From positions 1-39,048 of the IMG/VR virus record IMGVR_UViG_3300032373_000045: a stretch of 39,048 nucleotides of DNA; one strand, given 5' to 3'. A program made the position numbers and the translations under genes. This DNA is from a virus (Duplodnaviria > Caudoviricetes). Below are positions 35,403 to 39,048 of the stretch, one piece after another. Position 1 is the stretch's first letter. The number at the start of each line of letters is the position of its first letter. The notes below the pieces were generated by a model that made no database searches, was not told where the DNA came from, and saw nothing but the letters and a program-made list of their open reading frames with translations.

Positions 35403-35582
35403 ATGACTACATTAATAATCTATATGCTAGGCTGTGCATGTGCTTACTTTGCTATTGAAGGGTCTAGGACTGGACAGTATCTAAGTAAGCTAGAGAGGCT
35501 TATAACTATTACCTTCTGGTTCACTGTCATTCCTATAGGGTTTATGATAATGGTGCTAGATCATGATGAAGGACTAGGATAA
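35403..35582 (+). CDS. Small two-TM membrane protein (59 aa)
   Basis: Hand-translated; GGAG RBS. Confidence 0.55.
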   Translation: MTTLIIYMLGCACAYFAIEGSRTGQYLSKLERLITITFWFTVIPIGFMIMVLDHDEGLG

Positions 35583-35613
35583 TGACTACTAAAATAGAAT
35601 TTATGGTCTTAGT

Positions 35614-35772
35614 ATGTTTAAAATAACAGAGCTATTCGAGAAGGATTTAGAAACTAAATCTATAACCTATGAAACACATGACCCTGACTTACACAGTGGA
35701 GAGAGTTTTATATATGGCACGTTGGGATGGGTTTTGGTACTGAGAGAAGTGGAGAAGGTTCTTGCCGAATAA
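35614..35772 (+). CDS. Small hypothetical protein (52 aa)
   Basis: Hand-translated MFKITELFEK...; weak RBS. Confidence 0.35.
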   Translation: MFKITELFEKDLETKSITYETHDPDLHSGESFIYGTLGWVLVLREVEKVLAE

Positions 35773-36340
35773 ACGCCTCTGCAAAGGCTGTAACAAGTAT
35801 AAGGTAGAGCGTGGCTCTAATCCTATTATCAAGTGGTGTAGCCCAAAATGTAAAGAGATAGTAATTAAAGCAACACTGGAAAAGGTTTGGGCTAAAGGCA
35901 AGAAGAAAGAGAGGCAGAAGAATGCAAAGTTAAAACGAGATTATTATGAAAACCACATACCAACACAGAAAGCAAAAGCTACTAAAGCGTTTAACGCCTA
36001 TATACGAGCAAGGGACAGGGGCGATAATTGCATTAGCTGTGGTAAGTCTATGGATAACTGTACTATTGATGCAGGTCATTATATTGCTGCTGGCAAAGGG
36101 CTATCGGGTTCTTTGCATCGGTATGACGAAAATAATGTCCATGCTCAGTGCCATTGGGATTGCAATATACAACAGTCAGGAAATTTGGTCGAATACAGAC
36201 AAGGGCTTATTAAGAAAATCGGTGAAGAAGAAGTCGAAAGACTTGAAACAACAAAAGGCACGATCAAAAGAACGGCACAAGATTACAAAGATATAGAAGT
36301 TAAATATAAAGCTAAACTAAAGGAGATCACCAGTGGCTAA
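35762..36340 (+). CDS. ninG: NinG/Rap recombination endonuclease
   Basis: WCSPKC, FNAYIRARD...CISCG...DAGHY...NVHAQC..CN...SGN..EYR motifs. Confidence 0.92.
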   Translation: MPNKRLCKGCNKYKVERGSNPIIKWCSPKCKEIVIKATLEKVWAKGKKKERQKNAKLKRDYYENHIPTQKAKATKAFNAYIRARDRGDNCISCGKSMDNCTIDAGHYIAAGKGLSGSLHRYDENNVHAQCHWDCNIQQSGNLVEYRQGLIKKIGEEEVERLETTKGTIKRTAQDYKDIEVKYKAKLKEITSG

Positions 36341-36548
36341 CGAATTTACAGAAGATCACATAGACCCACGAGAGCTTGACCTAATGAATCAGGCATATTT
36401 CATAGCTGTAAGCAACACAAAGAAAGCTAAGAAGAAGTTAGCTCAGAGCAATTACAATCTAATTCTATCGAGGATGAAAGTGTTAGTAGGCGAGGACTTA
36501 GCAAGAGCTGAGAGGACACTGGCTAATCTATATGAGTTTGGGCTATGA
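36333..36548 (+). CDS. Hypothetical protein
   Basis: AGGAG RBS; coupled ORF. Confidence 0.65.
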   Translation: MANEFTEDHIDPRELDLMNQAYFIAVSNTKKAKKKLAQSNYNLILSRMKVLVGEDLARAERTLANLYEFGL

Positions 36549-36919
36549 GCTATTCAAAAGACGATTACAAGGCAATGGCTAAAGCTGGTGGGATTACTTT
36601 AAAGGAGTATAAACAGTTTGAGCATTCAGGTTTTAGGGATACAGGCAGTTATGGTTTGTTTTTAGAGGGAGCTTCTCCGTTTGGTGGAGATAAACCTTGG
36701 AATCCTACCACTAACGATGCAGACTGCTTTCGGCTTATGGTGGATGCAGGGATGGAGGTAGACACAGAGCTTAAGGATGAGGTGAGAGTGTTCAAGAATA
36801 TTATGGATATTCCTGAGTTATTGGAAATTTCAGCTATCTATTCAGACCATCCAGACAAAGCAGCAGCTACTCGCAAGGCTATATGTGATTGTGCTATTGA
36901 GATAGGGAGAGCTGTATGA
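36545..36919 (+). CDS. Hypothetical phage protein
   Basis: WNP....DCFRL and AATRKAI..CA.EIG motifs common in nin-region genes. Confidence 0.7.
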   Translation: MSYSKDDYKAMAKAGGITLKEYKQFEHSGFRDTGSYGLFLEGASPFGGDKPWNPTTNDADCFRLMVDAGMEVDTELKDEVRVFKNIMDIPELLEISAIYSDHPDKAAATRKAICDCAIEIGRAV

Positions 36920-37281
36920 GAGAGATTAAGTTTAGATATTTCAATAAAGAAACTAAGTTTATGACCGCTAGTTTTACTTTGGAAGAGATAGAAGAGAATG
37001 GCTGGCCTGCTGATGGGTTATATGAAAACTTTGAAGTAATGCAATACACAGGCTTAAAAGACAAGAATGGAGTTGAGATATATGAGGGCGATATTGTAAC
37101 TGCTGATGATTTGATTTGCGAAGTTGAGTGGAATGATAGAGATAATAGATGGGCTGCTGTATGGACTAGGCAACCAAACGGCAGAGTATCAGTGGGAAGA
37201 AATAAGCCAAGTCTAGGATTTAGAAAGCATGAAGTAATAGGCAACATATACGAGAATCCAGAACTACTGGAACAATCTTGA
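36916..37281 (+). CDS. YopX family protein (second copy)
   Basis: Same YopX motifs as 33253..33633. Confidence 0.9.
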   Translation: MREIKFRYFNKETKFMTASFTLEEIEENGWPADGLYENFEVMQYTGLKDKNGVEIYEGDIVTADDLICEVEWNDRDNRWAAVWTRQPNGRVSVGRNKPSLGFRKHEVIGNIYENPELLEQS

Positions 37282-37715
37282 ACCTTTACAAGCTATGGCT
37301 AGATAAGCTAATAGATGTATTCATTGATGAACTATTATCTGTGAATAACGATATAGGCTGGAGAAGCGGAGGAGATAAAATGTCACCCTCTGCCCCGATA
37401 AGAACAGACTCAGTAGATGCTAAGATGATTAACGAGATACAAAATCTTAAAGAGCCTCACCCTGACTTTGCTATTATATGGGCAGCTATGCAGACTCTAA
37501 GCCTTAATTGCCAAGATGCAGTAATAGCTAAACGCCTGAAAGCTCATATCAACAAGAACACTAATCGCCAATGGACAGATACGGATAGAGCTGAGTTCTT
37601 GAACATTTCTCTGTCAGCATATAAGTCAAGATGTAAGCGAGGCTATGCAAAGCTAGAAACCGAGATAAACAGGCTTAGAAGCTATGAAGCATCTAAATGC
37701 GTAAAGGTTCAATAA
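37278..37715 (+). CDS. Late-gene activator / Q-like antiterminator
   Basis: C-terminal sigma4-like HTH (RAEFLNISLSAYKSR); position immediately before the promoter-terminator unit. Confidence 0.65.
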   Translation: MNLYKLWLDKLIDVFIDELLSVNNDIGWRSGGDKMSPSAPIRTDSVDAKMINEIQNLKEPHPDFAIIWAAMQTLSLNCQDAVIAKRLKAHINKNTNRQWTDTDRAEFLNISLSAYKSRCKRGYAKLETEINRLRSYEASKCVKVQ

Positions 37716-37719
37716 TAGT

Positions 37720-37748
37720 TTGCTTATTATGCCCCTCTGGTTTATATT
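37720..37748 (+). promoter_or_regulatory. Late promoter (pR'-like)
   Basis: TTGCTT-N17-TATATT directly after the Q-like gene. Confidence 0.7.
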
Positions 37749-37829
37749 CGGTGGCACGCTGGAGAAAACCAAATAATAACAACACCCTCTGAGACTTCTG
37801 CCTATAGGTAGACACCCAAAGTCTCATTT

Positions 37830-37854
37830 AGCCTCTTAATTGAGGCTTTTTTTT
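37830..37854 (+). terminator. Intrinsic terminator (tR'-like)
   Basis: AGCCTC-TTAATT-GAGGCT stem running into an 8-T tract. Confidence 0.9.
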
Positions 37855-38066
37855 GAGTTTAAGACAGGTTGCTTTTGAGTGCGTATTAAGTTTTGCAAGG
37901 CTTAGCGAACAATAAAGAGTGCTTCGGTAGTAGGAAATAGTCGGCTCGCAACCTGACAACGCCTATCCCCTGTCACCATACCGCGCCCCACATTGACATT
38001 AACAAAGTTCTTCTCCTCTTTGGTTGATGTGAGGGCGCACCTATTCTAACTAGAGGAAGTAAAAGC

Positions 38067-38441
38067 ATGGAAGCATTTATAAATAGATTCGAGGTGATGC
38101 TAAAAACGCACCCGATGGTTTTAGTATTTATATTGGTAGTAGCCATAGCAGGGATGACATTTAACTACTCGGTATTTGCCCAGCAGTCAGAAGTAGAGCA
38201 AAGATTTCAGGAGATAGGAGAGACTGTAGCGGGGCTAGGAACTAAACTAGACGCTCACATGAACCAATATAGCGTTGATACACTGGTTTCCCGCATATAC
38301 GATCAAGAGCAAGAGATATTCGGATTAGAACGCTTACAGGCAAGCGGAGAGGCTACAAACAGGGATTTAGACAGGTTGAGCATGATTATAAGCCAAAAAG
38401 CTCAAGATGAGAGGCGGTTAGACCAACTACTATCACAATGA
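38067..38441 (+). CDS. Membrane-anchored coiled-coil protein of the lysis region
   Basis: One N-terminal TM helix followed by a coiled coil; AGAGG RBS. Confidence 0.65.
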   Translation: MEAFINRFEVMLKTHPMVLVFILVVAIAGMTFNYSVFAQQSEVEQRFQEIGETVAGLGTKLDAHMNQYSVDTLVSRIYDQEQEIFGLERLQASGEATNRDLDRLSMIISQKAQDERRLDQLLSQ

Positions 38442-38447
38442 GAAAAC

Positions 38448-38939
38448 GTGAAAACACTATATGATAATTTAATTAAAGAAGCTGTAGCAGAATATTTACC
38501 TACTACAGATTGGAGATTGCTAAAAGCTCAGTATTACCAAGAGTCATTGTTAGACCCTAATGCTGAAAGTCAAGTAGGTGCATTAGGCATAGCACAATTC
38601 ATGCCTAAGACTTGGGATGAGTGGAGCGTTAAAGCAGATTTTAAAGATGTAGAGCGTACTGACCCTGAGGCTTCAATATTCACAGGTGCTTTATACATGA
38701 GATGGCTAATAGCTGAATGGAGCTGGCCTAGACCTGATATAGATAGACATTGTTTAGCAATGGCTAGTTACAATGCAGGAATTGGCAATATTCTGGAAGC
38801 TCAGAAGGCTGCACACGATTCAATATCATACTCAAGCATAGCCAACAGCTTACCATCAGTTACAGGGGAACATTCCAGAGAGACTATTTGGTATGTTAAA
38901 AAGATACTAGGCTTTTATAATGACATGGTGACAGGATGA
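38448..38939 (+). CDS. Endolysin, lytic transglycosylase (SLT domain)
   Basis: QES, GA.GIAQFMP.TW, ASYNAG.GN and ET..YV..I motifs. Confidence 0.92.
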   Translation: MKTLYDNLIKEAVAEYLPTTDWRLLKAQYYQESLLDPNAESQVGALGIAQFMPKTWDEWSVKADFKDVERTDPEASIFTGALYMRWLIAEWSWPRPDIDRHCLAMASYNAGIGNILEAQKAAHDSISYSSIANSLPSVTGEHSRETIWYVKKILGFYNDMVTG

Positions 38940-39048
38940 GTTTAATTGAGAAGCTGATAGACCCTATATCTACAATACTAGATAAAGTAGTTCCTGATGC
39001 TGACACAAAAGCTAAACTAGCGCATGAGATAGCAACCCTAGCCGATAC
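38910..39048. repeat. Terminal direct repeat, right copy
   Basis: Matches 1-139 with one mismatch. Confidence 0.97.

Noticed and set aside
33398-37070. YopX pair as a DGR template/variable repeat
   Set aside because: No reverse transcriptase, and the differences are not adenine-specific.
37855-38060. Canonical tRNA gene
   Set aside because: No GTTCRA T-loop or standard cloverleaf spacing; kept only as a tRNA-like candidate.
1-39048. Alternative genetic code, or meaningful CTAG/AGCT enrichment
   Set aside because: Genes are intact under the standard code with TAA, TAG and TGA all used as stops; the k-mer bias is only an impression that I cannot quantify by eye.

Overview
The window is an apparently complete, circularly permuted ~38.9-kb dsDNA tailed-phage genome. 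It has a 139-bp end overlap with one mismatch. The structural arm is P22-like (podovirus): terS, terL, portal, scaffold, major capsid, adaptor, gp10-like hub, three ejection-protein candidates and fibres. The early/late layout is lambdoid: a leftward operon of small genes with an SSAP, two Lar-like genes and an HNH gene; divergent promoters; a Cro-like gene; a nin-like region with MTase, SSB, two YopX genes, NinB, NinG and a Q-like gene; pR'/tR'; then an SLT endolysin and a holin. I found no integrase, att gap, CI repressor, full-length O initiator or helicase/loader. The most striking feature sits where the initiator gene and iterons would normally be: a ~400-nt non-coding locus with back-to-back hairpins and a counter-transcribed ~85-nt two-hairpin antisense RNA, upstream of a stand-alone O-type C-terminal domain. 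I propose this as a candidate RNA-based, antisense-controlled replication or lysogeny system. Other notable items: an ADP-ribosyltransferase-like, polymorphic-toxin-style protein directly after the portal; a TPR-glycosyltransferase/GT8/methyltransferase cassette inside the head operon (candidate virion glycosylation); an extra propeller inserted in the tail hub; an A10 slippery site in a tail gene; and repeat-flanked mosaic early genes. All protein family calls come from motif recognition and gene order, and all RNA folds were made by eye. No database search or folding program was run.
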